Shown here one piece after another: positions 11,763 to 23,827 of a stretch of DNA of 64,000 nt. Each line of letters opens with the position of its first letter. The stretch's first letter is position 1. The position numbers and the translations under genes are program-made. The notes below the pieces were generated by a model. That model made no database searches. It was not told the DNA's origin and worked only from the letters and a program-made list of their open reading frames with translations. Where the stretch lies: positions 178,628 through 242,627 of the forward strand of contig PS015061.1 in the NCBI GenBank assembly GCA_048213135.1. Reading direction: 5' to 3'. Source of the stretch: Reclinomonas americana ATCC 50394 (taxonomy: Eukaryota).

Positions 11763-13002
11763 ATGTTGCGCTTTCCTGTGAGAGAGAGAGAGAGAGAGTG
11801 AGAGAGAGTGTGTGTGAGAGGGAGAGGAAGAGAGAGCGAGTGAGCAAGCGTGTGTGTGATCGTGTGTGTGTGCGTCTGCCTGTCTCCCACTCTCTCTCTC
11901 TCACACACACACACTCTCTCTCTCCTGTCTCTCTCTCTCTCTCTGTCTCTCTTTCTCACACTGTGTGTGCAGGGCAAATCGTCTGTTTGAGGCGGTGGAG
12001 GCGCGCGATTTCGACGAGACTGTGCGACTGGTGGAGAGTGGTGCTGAGGACATCAACGCACAGAATGCGCAGGGGAATACGGTGTTGCACTTGGCGGCAA
12101 TGTCGTTGCGTTGTTGTTATCAAGTATCTCTCTCCGATCCTCTCTCTCCTTAGCAGTGAGGGAAGCAGAAGGGGGAGGGAGGGAAGAGTTGGAGAGACTG
12201 CGAGAGATCCATTGTGTCTCGTGCTCTCTATCTATCGCAGTCTCTCGTCCTTCTTTCTGGCGGTGTCTCGGTCTGTCGGTCTTTATCTCTTGCAGTCTCG
12301 TCGTCACGATGCCTCTATCTCTCCTTGATCGATCACTGTGTCTGCGGTCTCTGTTTCTCTCACCTCTTTCTCTCGTCACTCTCTTGTCACCCTTTCTCTC
12401 TCTTCTCTCTGTTTCGCTCTCTCTATCGCTTATGTACTCTCTGTCTCACTCGCTCATTCTCCAGTCTTTCGCTGTTTTCCTTGCGTCTTTCTCTCTCTCT
12501 CTCTCTCTCAGTGCTCCTTTCCTCTTTTCCACCTCTCTGTCTCTTCGCCTGCTGTCGTTTCCTCCTCGGTTCACTGGCACTGTTCACGCTTTTTCGGGCT
12601 CGCAGTCTGTTGACTCTGCCTCTCCATCCCTTCTCTGTGTCCCTTCTCCTGCTTTCGGTCTCCTGTTCTCTCTCACCTGTTCCATCACTTCTCTCTCCTT
12701 TCCCTTCCTCACTCTCTCTCTCTCTCTCATCTCCCCCCTTCGCCTTCATAGTAAGGACGAGAAAATGTGCTGCTTCCTCGTGGAACACGATGCCGACATG
12801 AGCGTAGAGAATCGCGACGGCAAGTCACCGGTGGCGTGCGCACCAGCCCGTTTGCGTGGAATGATGAAGGGTGCGGCGAGGATGCGCGATGCTTGTGATG
12901 AACGTAGCCTGACTCTGTGTTTGTGTAGCCACCAAGGAGATCAAGGAGCTGTATCGGCGACTGGAGAAGCGCTTCCAGCAGAACTCGGAGAACGCCTCAT
13001 GA
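11763..13002 (+). CDS. Small ankyrin-repeat protein; exons 11763-11764, 11973-12104, 12752-12870, 12929-13002
   Basis: ANRLFEAVEARDFDETVRLVESGAEDINAQNAQGNTVLHLAA...CFLVEHDADMSVENRDGKSP matches the ankyrin consensus; start codon reconstructed as AT|G across intron 1. Confidence 0.85.
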
Positions 13003-13556
13003 GAGAGAGAGACGTGAGTTTTTTTCGAATCGGTTTCACTGCTCGCCGTGGGAGGTTTCTCTGCTGTCGGTGTTGTGATTGGAGGTGGACAGAGAGAGTA
13101 TGACTGTGTAAAGCGTTGTGCGGTAAGCGGAGTGAGGGGAGGGGGTGAAGAGAGTTGAAGGAAACTACTGTTAGTGGTGCAAGTGGAGGAGGTTGTGACG
13201 GTCAATGATGGAAATCGCGCAGCGGTGCAGGTCGAGAGTTGCGGTTGTCGGGTGATGTTGTTCAAGTCGAGGACACTGCTCGTCGTCATCCCGCGCCTAT
13301 GAACACCATCGATCAGTGGCAGCTCACTGGAATGTTGTTAATGGTGGCGCACATCGCAATGGACTCGAACAGATCGTGACTTATCACTCTGTTGTCTTCG
13401 ACCGAATCGTGTCCGCGCTAAGAATGCAGAGGTGAACGGAGTGGTGGCTGCTCGAATCGTACCACATCATAAAGGGTCGCAATGTGCACGTCCGCATTCG
13501 CGTACAACACATTTATGAATTCAACGCAAAAAATTTGGCTCAGTTGACAAAGCAGC

Positions 13557-16500
13557 TCAATCTCGATCGTCTGCGTCGTCGTCACGCATGTATCTGTCGT
13601 CATCTTTAGCGCCACCTACACTGCCCCCACGACCACTTCGTCCACCGTGGCCGACTCCTCTGCCACGGTTTCCACCTCGACCTCGGCCTCGGTTAGCGAC
13701 GCACGCTTGCTCAGCGCCGACAACGCCATCACCACCGGCACCACGACCGCCACCACGTTCGTGACCGAGTCCAACGTCAGCGTGTGTATCATCGACATGT
13801 GCACTGCGTCCACCGCCACGGCCGACACGACCACCAACATCCTCACGGCCACCACGACCACCGAAATCCCCACGGCCACCACGACCACCGAAATCTCCAC
13901 CACCGCCACGACCACCGACATCTCCACGGCCACCACGACCACCGAAATCTTCACGGCCGCCACGACCACCGAATTCTCCATGGCCACCACGACCACCGAA
14001 GTCTCCACGGCCTCCACCTCCACGTTGGCCTCGGCCGGCTCCGCGTTCGGAAATGTGTCCGTCATCCACATGTTTTTGTTCGTCTTGTGTGCCACGTCCA
14101 CCGCCACGACCATGATGAGCATCGCCACGTCCGCGTCCAGATCCTACATCGGTATCGCGAGTGCGATCTTGTACACGTGGGCTGCGACTTTGCTTGCGTG
14201 CTGTGAACAACACAAAGACAAATATGCGTTGAGAACAGAGCGCTGCACATCTCACAACTTTGCGAGCTGACAGTATGTGCACGCAGCAGTTTGGAACCAC
14301 AGGTTCATCAGCGGCAGCACTAGGGACCGGCCGCGGAGGCCAATGGCCATCAATGAAGTCCTCCGCCATGTTGCACGCATGGGTGAGAGCCTCGAGGTGA
14401 AGCACTTCGTAGTCTAGAGAGCACACCAGCAACCCCATTCAGAACACACACAACATCGCTCCGCAGCAGTTGAACGAGCACGTGTAACAGAACGTTGGTG
14501 TGGTCCGTCATTAGGACCCGTATAGTTGATAACCGGCATGACAAATCCCTGTGCATATGAGAATGATGGCCGCAGTACGGGTCAGCGAAGCAGCGCACCA
14601 CGGAATTCTACCGCATGTGATTGCTGTACCTTATCAATGCCAGTCGCAGTCGAAAATTCTTCCACCGCGGCAAGCACCTTGTCGCTCTCTGCTGCAACGA
14701 GAGTAGCCTGAGACCCTGCCAAGCGTTCGTCAAGCTTGTCAATCTTTGTCAGCAGCACCACCGGCGTGATTTCTGCAGGTTCGTAGAAGTTAGTGCACAT
14801 CGACGCAACAACACAAAGACATCATTGCTGACCGTAATTGTCTCGCATAATCCGATTAAAGTCGCGCACGAGTTCCAGTTGCTCCGTGTTGGACGCAGTT
14901 TGGCTGTCCACAATGAACATGACACCGTGGACGCGCCTGTCTTCGTTGGGGCGACGTTGGGCGATGGGCGGGAGCGGATTGGTGAGAATGTATCCGTCCG
15001 GAAGACACCCGTTCATGAGGCACTCCAGCTTGTCCCTGTAGTTGGCACCATCTCGCTCCCAGCCGGGGACGTCAATCAGTCGAATGCCAGGGAACGAAGA
15101 GTCGTAGTGTTGAACTTTCTTGGTCTGAGTTCTGTCAGGATCGTTTCCAGTAATAGCCAAGCCTCGGTAGTGCCCGGTGGTGATCGATGCGATCGTGTTG
15201 ATCGTACTTGACTTTCCCCACCCCTGTGCGAATGGCACAGCCGCAAATAAGACCAGTGGCGCGTCTAGTAACACTTAGCCGAGGCAAATGTTCGGTTTTT
15301 TTGCGTACCATGTATCCAAACAATAGAAGGTTGATTGTCTCCACGCTGCTTCCGCGTCGCAGTCGCCGTTCCTGGAGACCACGGAGTCGCTGAATGTATT
15401 CTCGATGGAATGTCGGAACCTGTTCAAGTGGAACACGTGGAGCTATATATAACACATTGACAAAGAATGAGTATCGAAGTGACTTGATATGCAATGACAC
15501 ACGGAGATGATTACCGTCCAGCGTGTTCACAGTCTGTGTGGCCCATTCGGTGCGGAAGCCGTCGGCGAATGCCGCACATACACGGAAGGTGAAGGCATGT
15601 GAAGGCGGAAGGTCCTCCTTTTCGTATTCAGCGAATTCCGGCGTCGAAACAGTGCCGAACGAGCCATCTTTCTTGAGATGCTGCACAATATAGTTTCGAA
15701 CACGGCCGGTCGCTGAATCCGACATCTCGAAGTGCAGACACAAGGAACAGCAGGTGCGGTAGTCGACCAGAATACTCGGCGGGTCAGCTGACCGAATAAC
15801 CACACGACGGAACAGCTCTACACAATGCAGTCGTCAGAACTGGCGAAAAAAAGCACCATCTCAAAAAAACTGCATGTTTGCAGAGCACACACACCGTCCA
15901 AGTTCTCGAACGAGTCCACGAAAAAGGCGTACTCGGGAGCCAAGTTCTGTATCTCAGCAACTGCAGATGCGCTGTTCCGAACAGCTGGACCAACACCCAG
16001 GCACACGACAGTGATGCCGTCCCGAAGCAGTGCGACCGCCTGTTCGCGAGTATGCGCGGGATTGGAGGATTCACCGTCGGTGAAGATGATCAAGCACTTG
16101 CGTGCACCCGGCTTACCAGCGCCCAACATCTGTGCGATTCAGGGAATGCGCGGTGAGTTACAGCCAGTTGCAACTCAACAATACGGCTGCATCCCATCTC
16201 ACCTGTGTTGCTCTCTGTAACGCCAAACCAGTCATGGTGCTTGCACCATTTGCCAACCGGTGCAAGTGCATTCCTTCATCATTAACCACAACGTAAGACG
16301 AAGTGTTACACATGCCAAAGAATCCGCTGCACACTCACTCACCAGTGACAGCTTCAAATAGAGAGGCCTGGTTGCTTGAAAGCGGTCGGAGAGTGTTAAC
16401 CGTTGTCCCGAACAACAGGATTCCCATGTTGACAGCATTCCGTTCAAATGCAAGCCGGAGGCGCTGTACCAGCGCTCGGAGGCATTGTTGCATGACAGCA

Positions 16501-18211
16501 AACTGCCTCTCGGTGATTGAGCCGGAGCTGTCGACGCACTGTGACATATGCACAACATCGTTTAGTACCGAGAACTACATGTACAGCACGACGCAACGCA
16601 AACAGAAGCAAACACACCGCGACTAGATCCCAACCACTGCTGCTATCGGCGTTTGCAGCAACTTCTTGAATAATGCGTGAAAACCGCGCTTGCTCTGCCG
16701 ATAGTGCACCAGTGGCATCCGAGCTGACTCGAAACACCTGATAATCGGGGATGTAATCGAAAGTCGCACGTTTCGGGCGGCTTGGTGCGGCACGTGCTGT
16801 TGACGACGAGCCGACGCCGTCACTCTCAGCGCTGACCTTCAACGGAACAGTCCTCACCTGGAAAAAACGTAGCGCGAAAAAATGTCAAATTCAGTGGAGA
16901 GAATGCGAGTGTAATCGGACTGCACATACTGTGACAGGTCGGCCGAAAATCATGACGGTCTGACTGCAGATGATAATACCGCGAGGAAAATGTGGATGCA
17001 TTGTATCAGCAAGAGTAGCACAAAAGTTAACATAAGGTATGAAAAGCTTACCCCCATGCCGCGCTCATCACGTCCTTCTCATCCGCGGTCTCGAAATTGA
17101 CAAAACTGCAACGAGACATCGAGATGAGCAGCAGGACTTCAGCGTGAATGTTGCAGGCAACAAAAATCAATATTCTCCCTCCCACTTACCAGTAGACGCC
17201 CTGTCCTGGCTACATACGGGCACAAAAAATCAATGTCAGTGGCGATATCAGATGTTGTGGATCAGCAGGTCTGCGGAAGACGAGATGTCTGTCATACCTT
17301 TCGAATGGGTGTGACTGCTGCCGGCGTGACACCCTCTCGTCTGCACAGCCTTAGAATCTCCCGTTCAATGGCCGAATTCTCACGCTCCGCCGAGAAGTAG
17401 CCAAGGTGCAACGACAGTGGGTTGACACGGGGTGCGTGCGGTGCGGGGTTCCGCGCTCGAGTGCCAGCAGAAGGGCCAGCACCAGCAGCGGAGCTACCTC
17501 CAACTGATCCGCCAGCCCCGAGTCCACTGTATCCACTGACCACGGGGGGAACACGGTGGTTCTTCAGCTTTTCCTGGTGGCCACGTGGTGAGCACAACAA
17601 ATACACGCATGCAGAGGAACACGTTTTGTATTACCTTGGACAGCGCGTCAGATCGAAATGATTGCACCTGCAAGTGGATAGTTGGTCAACGCACGCTCTC
17701 AAGTGTGCAGAAACTGCACAATGACGTACGTTGAGTGGTGTACCGCTGAGAGTGAACGGAGTGCTGCAATGCGAGCAATCGTTGAGTATCGGCAGAAAGC
17801 AGACAAGAAATAATACGCCATATATTGATGTACCGTCGATGCGCTTCAACCACGGCTGCTGCATCTTGCGGTGATGTGAACGTGACAAAGCTGCGTGGTG
17901 GGGTGCAAAAAGTAAAGTCAGAGTTCATATACAGAGTCATGCCTACTCGACCACAACTACGCACCAGAATCGACGTCCTTGTTTCTGCGCAGTGCAGTGC
18001 AAGCATTCAGATCCAAAGTGAGACACCAACCATGATGTGCAACACTCACCTCGTTGACGCTCACGATGATACTTGCTCGCTGGCCACCACGCACGTGCGG
18101 TTGGAACGCCCGCCGCAGTCCGTCTTCGACATCAGCGTCACTCAGGTCTCTCGGAACTTGCGCAACATATAGCTTGCAGGTTTCATCGCCAGCATCGGCA
18201 GCGGACGCCAT
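13557..18211 (-). CDS. Multidomain protein: RRM, RRM, VWA, FN3, IFI44-like P-loop GTPase, RGG-repeat tail; about 19 exons
   Basis: RRM1 KLYVAQVP/RRFCFVTF; RRM2 SLHLGYF/GVYCFVNF; VWA DLVACVDSSGS...LIIFTDGES...VVCLGVG; FN3 DLPPSHAFTFRVCA; G-motifs LLLFGYMGWGKSSTIN, LIDVPG, LLTKID; IFI44-type VHGVMFIVD, VMPVINY, AEDFID; exons join in frame through GT-AG introns. Confidence 0.8.
13820..14010 (-). repeat. Coding 27-nt tandem repeat (about 7 units) encoding GGRGGRGDF-type RGG boxes
   Basis: Plus-strand unit ccacggccaccacgaccaccgaaatct repeated with substitutions. Confidence 0.9.
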
Positions 18212-18780
18212 CTCTCCTCGTCGCGGTGAGGGACAACAAAAACGGAGGCATCCAATTGGACAACGAGACACCTGGCAATAGCCGCGTCCCCCACTACGTC
18301 CCTCCTATTGTCCCCCAGCGTGCTTCTCACAGTCACCGAAAGGGCGGGACACACACAGACAGTTGCAAGTTGTCAGATTTCGAGATGAGTGGTCAGCGCA
18401 GACGGAATCGACAAGGAAATCAATCTCAGAAGGGCAAAAAGGCACGTTGATGCCTTGCGCTCTGCGTGTGCAGGCGGGTGACGCCTAAACCGTTGCGCTG
18501 TGACATATTCACTTCGATTAGCAGAAATCAAGGCAATTGCAAGAAGATAACCACACGCACGGGTCAGCATCAGCAGTAACTGTTCTGTATAGTTGCGCGC
18601 TGCGACACAGCACAAGAGAATTGCTGCTGACAACGATGTTGCTTTGTTTCCTTGTCGTCGGTGCGATGGTGTGCTTGTTTGTGTGCTTGTATGTGTGCGT
18701 GTGAAAAACGTGTGTGCATGTATGTGTGCGTGTGAAAACGTGTGTGCGTGTGTATATGTGTGTGAATGTGCGGTGTGCGG

Positions 18781-18824
<44 letters not shown>

Positions 18825-18842
18825 CGGATCCAGGAGCAAGAC

Positions 18843-20522
18843 ATGGGAGGGGGCTCGCAGTCTTCCAAATCCGAAGAACCTTGTGAACAGGGAAGCGTGG
18901 AGCCCTCAACGCCACCATCTGTGGTGCGCTTGCCTGTTGTTCTCTGGCAATCATGCAATCTCTGACACTTCAGCGCGTGTGTGATCGCTGTGCACAGGAC
19001 GACGATGTCAGTCACCACACTTCGACAAGTGCGAGTGCATCACCACAACCCTCAGTTCCAGCTTTCGCAGCTCAAGACAGCCCTCGAGCCGACTCCGAGT
19101 CGAATGACGGGGAAGCGGACGTAGAGGGCGGCGACGCTGCCGCGCGCACCGCAAGCCAGCTGCAGCGGGCGTCAGATCTAGATGCAGAGGATCCGCTGCT
19201 GGCCATGGATCAGAGCGCACAGAGTCCGGATCCAGCACATTCTGATTCACCGGAGCAATCCTCAGCTGACCTTGCCGGTGCACAAGTAGCGCAGCCACAG
19301 TCACTCCAAGTTGCGAACACCTTTCGCGAGCATGCATGCGCACAGCGCAGCGCTTGGCCATATGCATATGCATTGGGCTCTATTAACGATGACTGCAGGG
19401 CGATCATGGTGCCGTTGGCCGTTTGTCAATCGAAAAAGTGCTGCTTCTCGTTGAATGTCAACAACGACAGCTCGAGGATCTCATGCCCGAGTTCGAGGCT
19501 GTGAGAGAGGAAAACAAGCGGTTGGCCAGCGCGTTCAATGAGCTGCAGGGCGACCATGAAAGACTACTCGCAGTACACGAGGGTCTCAAGTATCACGTTG
19601 CCGCATTAGAGCGACGATTCGAGGAGCAGCAGCGTCGACTTGAGGAGCAGCAGCTTCGACTCGAGGAGCAGCAGCTTCGAGAGTCTCGAGACGTGTACTC
19701 TTCTCCTCTTCCGTCTTATTATTACGGGGACGGGTCGAAGCCCTTGACGGTGCGTGCTTTGATTGTATGATGCAGGAAGTCTCAGCCACGGCCGACACAT
19801 TGTATTAATTTGTTGCTTGCAGATATCGGGAACGGTAGGCCATGATGGACTGTCGACCGTAGCGCTGTGCTGCAGGGCAGATACGCTGGTGAGTAGTCGC
19901 ATCGCATCGTGCTCTATGCAAAGCTGAATTGATATATATGCGAAATCTCGGGAACAGAAATTTGCTGCCACGCGTGACTTGCACAGCAAACTGAGTCGCT
20001 ATGCTGGTGGGCATCTGCGATTTGTACATGTAGAGCCCGGGAAGACTGCAAACATCGGCTCCAGGTGCCTTCATGTTGTTTGCATTCGCTGGGACACGCG
20101 GTGGACTCCTGTGGACGTACTGAGTCACGTGGAACACTCGACGGGTGTACAAGTGTCCGACACTCATTTATCAGGTACGTATACTTGCAGTGTGATTCCG
20201 AACGAGACTACCAAGCTGCTAACTGACTCTCTCGCTGTGGTGAGCAGAGCCAGGGAGCGCTGCGGCATCAGCGAAGAGCGCAAGAGGACCCGGGCCCGGA
20301 CGCTGGCCGTCGAACATCGCGATCTGTGTGTGCCATACGCAGACGGCCCGTGTCAACGTCAAACAAGTGGTGGAGATGTTGCAAAACGAGGCACGAGTCC
20401 CGACGGATCGCATATTTGTGCTCATGTTCAAGGATGATTTGACCAATCGCCGTCAAGTGGTGGAGGAGGGCGAAATACGAGGATTGGCTGAATTTTGCAG
20501 TCGCGCGTTGGCCGCGGAGTGA
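18843..20522 (+). CDS. Hypothetical protein: disordered N-terminus, coiled coil, C-terminal alpha/beta domain; about 6 exons
   Basis: Exons splice in frame from MGGGSQSSK through [19 protein letters not shown]...[20 protein letters not shown] to IAICVCH...IFVLMFKDD...LAAE-stop. Confidence 0.65.
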
Positions 20523-20787
20523 AGGGAGATCTATGGTGAACGCTGCGGACTTTTTTTGGCATGCTGCAGGCACCGACGGGTTGCTGTCCTTCTGCGCCCA
20601 TCCACTCGCCTCAATGCCCACTGCACCACTCAAAGCGGTCTTCCACTCCGAACAACAAGCGCGCGAAACAAAACCAATGTCGTCCTCGACATAAACCAAT
20701 TCATAAACTCCGACCACCCCGCAACCGCATCATTCTCCACTACACACACACACTGTGAGCACACACCACCACCCTCTTGCACACAAC

Positions 20788-22408
20788 ATGGCCACCTGCA
20801 GCTTCAGCATCGGCGACAGCACCGACGAGGTGAAAATTCTCCTCTACTCCCCTCCACTCCAAAAAAAATGCTCGCCTCCTTGTCGCGCATTGCACTCACC
20901 CACGCACGTCTGCAGAGAAAGGCAAGTGCCACTGCGGCCACCAACGGAGGCAGCACTGCAGTGGCCAAGACCGCATGGGACGAGGTCGAACAGGGTGCAT
21001 TCAAGCGCTCGGCCTCTGTGTTTCGCGACTTTATCGCCCCCGGAACCGAGTTCCCACCCGAGGTTCCCCTCACGTTCACTCACTGTGTTGTGCACGTGCG
21101 CGGACTCACTCACTCTCTCGCAGGCCGGGCGATACCACTTGTACATTTCGTTTCGTCTTGTTGTCTCCCTCCTTCGCTTTCGTTCGTCCCTCTCACTCGC
21201 TCCTGCGCAGCTACGCGTGTCCCTGGTGCGACGAGTCGTTGGCCTGCTCTGATCCGCCTTGTGCACTCACCTTTTCTCTCGCGCGCGCAGGGCATGCCGG
21301 ACGCTCATGGTGCGCAAGCTCAAGGGCCTGGAGGATGTCATTGGTCTCAGCGTGGTCAACACGCTGCTGAAGAGCGGTGGTGCGTTCGCGTCTTTGTGTT
21401 ACTCGCGCCACGTGGCGTTGTTGTCTCATACCCTTGTGCGCAGTGGGGTGGACGTTTGGCAGCGACGAGCCGGGAGCCACCGAAGATCCGGTGAATGGAT
21501 TCTCGCGACTGGCCGAGGTGTACTTCCAGCAGGTGTGTGCGCCCCCTCCTCTCGCTTTCTCCTCCTCCGCTAACCGACGAGGAATCGACATGATCAGAAT
21601 CCCGAGTACAAGGGCAAGGTCACCGTGCCGGTGCTCTACGATACCAAGACTCACCGCATTGTGAACAACGAGAGGTCGGTATTGCCCAGCACAGCTCGCT
21701 CTCTCGCTCGTGCCACTGTGCTCACTTTTATGGCATACACACAGCTCCGAGATCATTCGCATGTTCAACACCGAGTTCAACGCGTTCGCGAAGAATCCCG
21801 AGCTCGACTTGTACCCGGCTGAGCTGCGCTTGCAGATCGACGATGTCAACTCGTGGGTCTACGATCAGATCAACGACGGCGTGTACCGCTGCGGCTTTGC
21901 TACCACCCAGGCGGCCTGTTGCGTCACGTCTCCTCTTTCTACCATTCTCCCAATCCCTCTCACAGCGCGCTCGTGGGCAGACGACGTGGCCGTGCACAAG
22001 CTGTTCGAGGGCCTCGAACGCGTGGATGCCATCTTGGCCGAGAACCGCTACCTGTGCGGTGCGCGCTTCACCGAGGCCGACGTGCGTCTCTTCACCACAC
22101 TCGTTCGGTTCGTCGCCACGCTCCTCTACCCCCTCCGAAGCACAACTCACGCGAGACACGCACAGCTTCGACCCGGTCTACACGGTGCACTTCAAGTGCT
22201 CCCTGAAGCGCATCGCCGACTACCCCAACATCAGCGGCTACCTGCGCGAGGTGTACCAGATGCCGGGCATCACCGAGACGGTGGTGATGGACCACATCAA
22301 GAAGTTGAGCTTTTGTGACAACGCTGTCTCTTCGCCCCCTCTCCGTCTCTTCTTTCGCTCACTTCCCGTCGCTCTCTGCTTCTCTCCCCGCTCTTCTCGT
22401 CGTGTCTG

Positions 22409-22450
<42 letters not shown>

Positions 22451-22812
22451 CATGTCTCTGTGCTCTCCTCCTCTCTGTTCACGTCTGCCGTGCCCTTGCA
22501 TTCCACCCTTCCCTTCTCTTCTTCTCTCTTTTCCATCTCTCTCTCGGTCTCTTCCCCCTTCCCATTCTCTTTCTCTCTCTCTCTCTCTTTCTCGTCGTGT
22601 GTCTCCCTGCGCTCTTCCTTCTCATGTCTCGCCCCCTTGTCTCGTTTCCCTTCCCCCTTGTCCCCCTTGTCTCCCTCCTCTCAATTCCCTTCCCCTTGGA
22701 CAGGCACTACTACCACTCTCACCGCCAGATCAACACATACGGCATCGTGCCCTACACCGACGAGAGCTGCCTGCTGCTGCCACACGGCCGCGACCACCTC
22801 CCCTCTCAGTAA
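20788..22812 (+). CDS. Glutathionyl-hydroquinone reductase (GST Xi/omega-like, ECM4/YqjG family); 11 exons
   Basis: EFPPEAGRYHLYISYACPWACRTL, VTVPVLYD, IVNNESSEIIRMFN, INDGVYRCGFA, TEADVRLFTTLVRFDPVY, HIKKHYYHSH. Confidence 0.95.
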
Positions 22813-22857
22813 GAAAAACCCAAAGTGAATCAATGAGACTGCCTTCAATCCCACTGT

Positions 22858-23267
22858 CTATGATGAGGAAGATGATGAGGAAGAGGAGGACGAAGGTGGT
22901 GGTGGCGCAGTGACACTGGCCGGTCGCGGAATGCGCTTGTTCTCATAATCCGTCGGAATGTGACTCTTGATGCGCTGCAACACACAAGATGCGAGTGTGA
23001 CGCACACTCACACTCACTCACACTCACACACACTCTTTCAGCACACACCTCCAACTCCTTGTTGAGATCAAAGGGCTCATTGCCACGCTGCGAGCGCAAC
23101 TTGGCGCGCAACTCCTCCTCCGTCTCTCGCACAATCACCTGCTCGTCTTGCAACGAGTTCCGCTCGCCCACAAACTGCGCCATACCTCCCGCCAACCCGA
23201 CCACAAACACCAAGAAAGGCGCTCCACTGCGCAGGAAGATCTGGAACCCGCTCCGACGACTGCTCAT
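22858..23267 (-). CDS. COX16: Cytochrome c oxidase assembly factor COX16-like; 2 exons
   Basis: GAPFLVFVVGLAGGMAQF transmembrane segment, FDLNKELE, DYENKRIPRP C-terminal motif. Confidence 0.75.
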
Positions 23268-23294
23268 TACAAAGACAAAGAGAGGACAGGACCT

Positions 23295-23776
23295 TCACTT
23301 CGTCGCTCTTCTCTGCAGGCTGACGAGGTACTCGGCAAAGAGCTCCCACTCGAGGTGTCGCGTGACAGTGTCCTCGGGCGACACCCTGTTCCCGTGCAAG
23401 TCCATGGGCGTGCGCGACAGCAGGCCGTGGGTGTACGACTCCGACTTCCACATGAGTGGCGCCGTGAAGCTGCTCATGGCCACCACGATGCGGTCGGGCC
23501 ACTCGGCGAATGGTTTGCCGTGCAAGTGCAGCTCTAATGGGGGGTGGTTTGGTGAGTGAGCAGGGTGCGAAGAACGAGGCTGTACAGTGCAGGCTTACCG
23601 GCCACGCGATTGATAAAGGGCACGCCCCACCAGCGGCGTTCCACGTCTATCGAGTCCGACAGCACCAACTCATAGGAGACCGACACGAACTTGGTCAGCA
23701 GCTCCGTCATGTCAAGCAGCAGTTTCAGGTGCTGAAGGGGGAGGGGAAGCGAGGTGAGCGGAGTGGAATACAAGAT

Positions 23777-23827
<51 letters not shown>

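Noticed and set aside
13616-14270. Thr-rich (13647-14270 +), His-rich (13784-14206 +) and Val-rich (13616-14128 -) ORFs resembling mucin or metal-binding proteins
   Set aside because: Alternative frames of the 27-nt RGG repeat; only the RGG frame is continuous with the upstream domain
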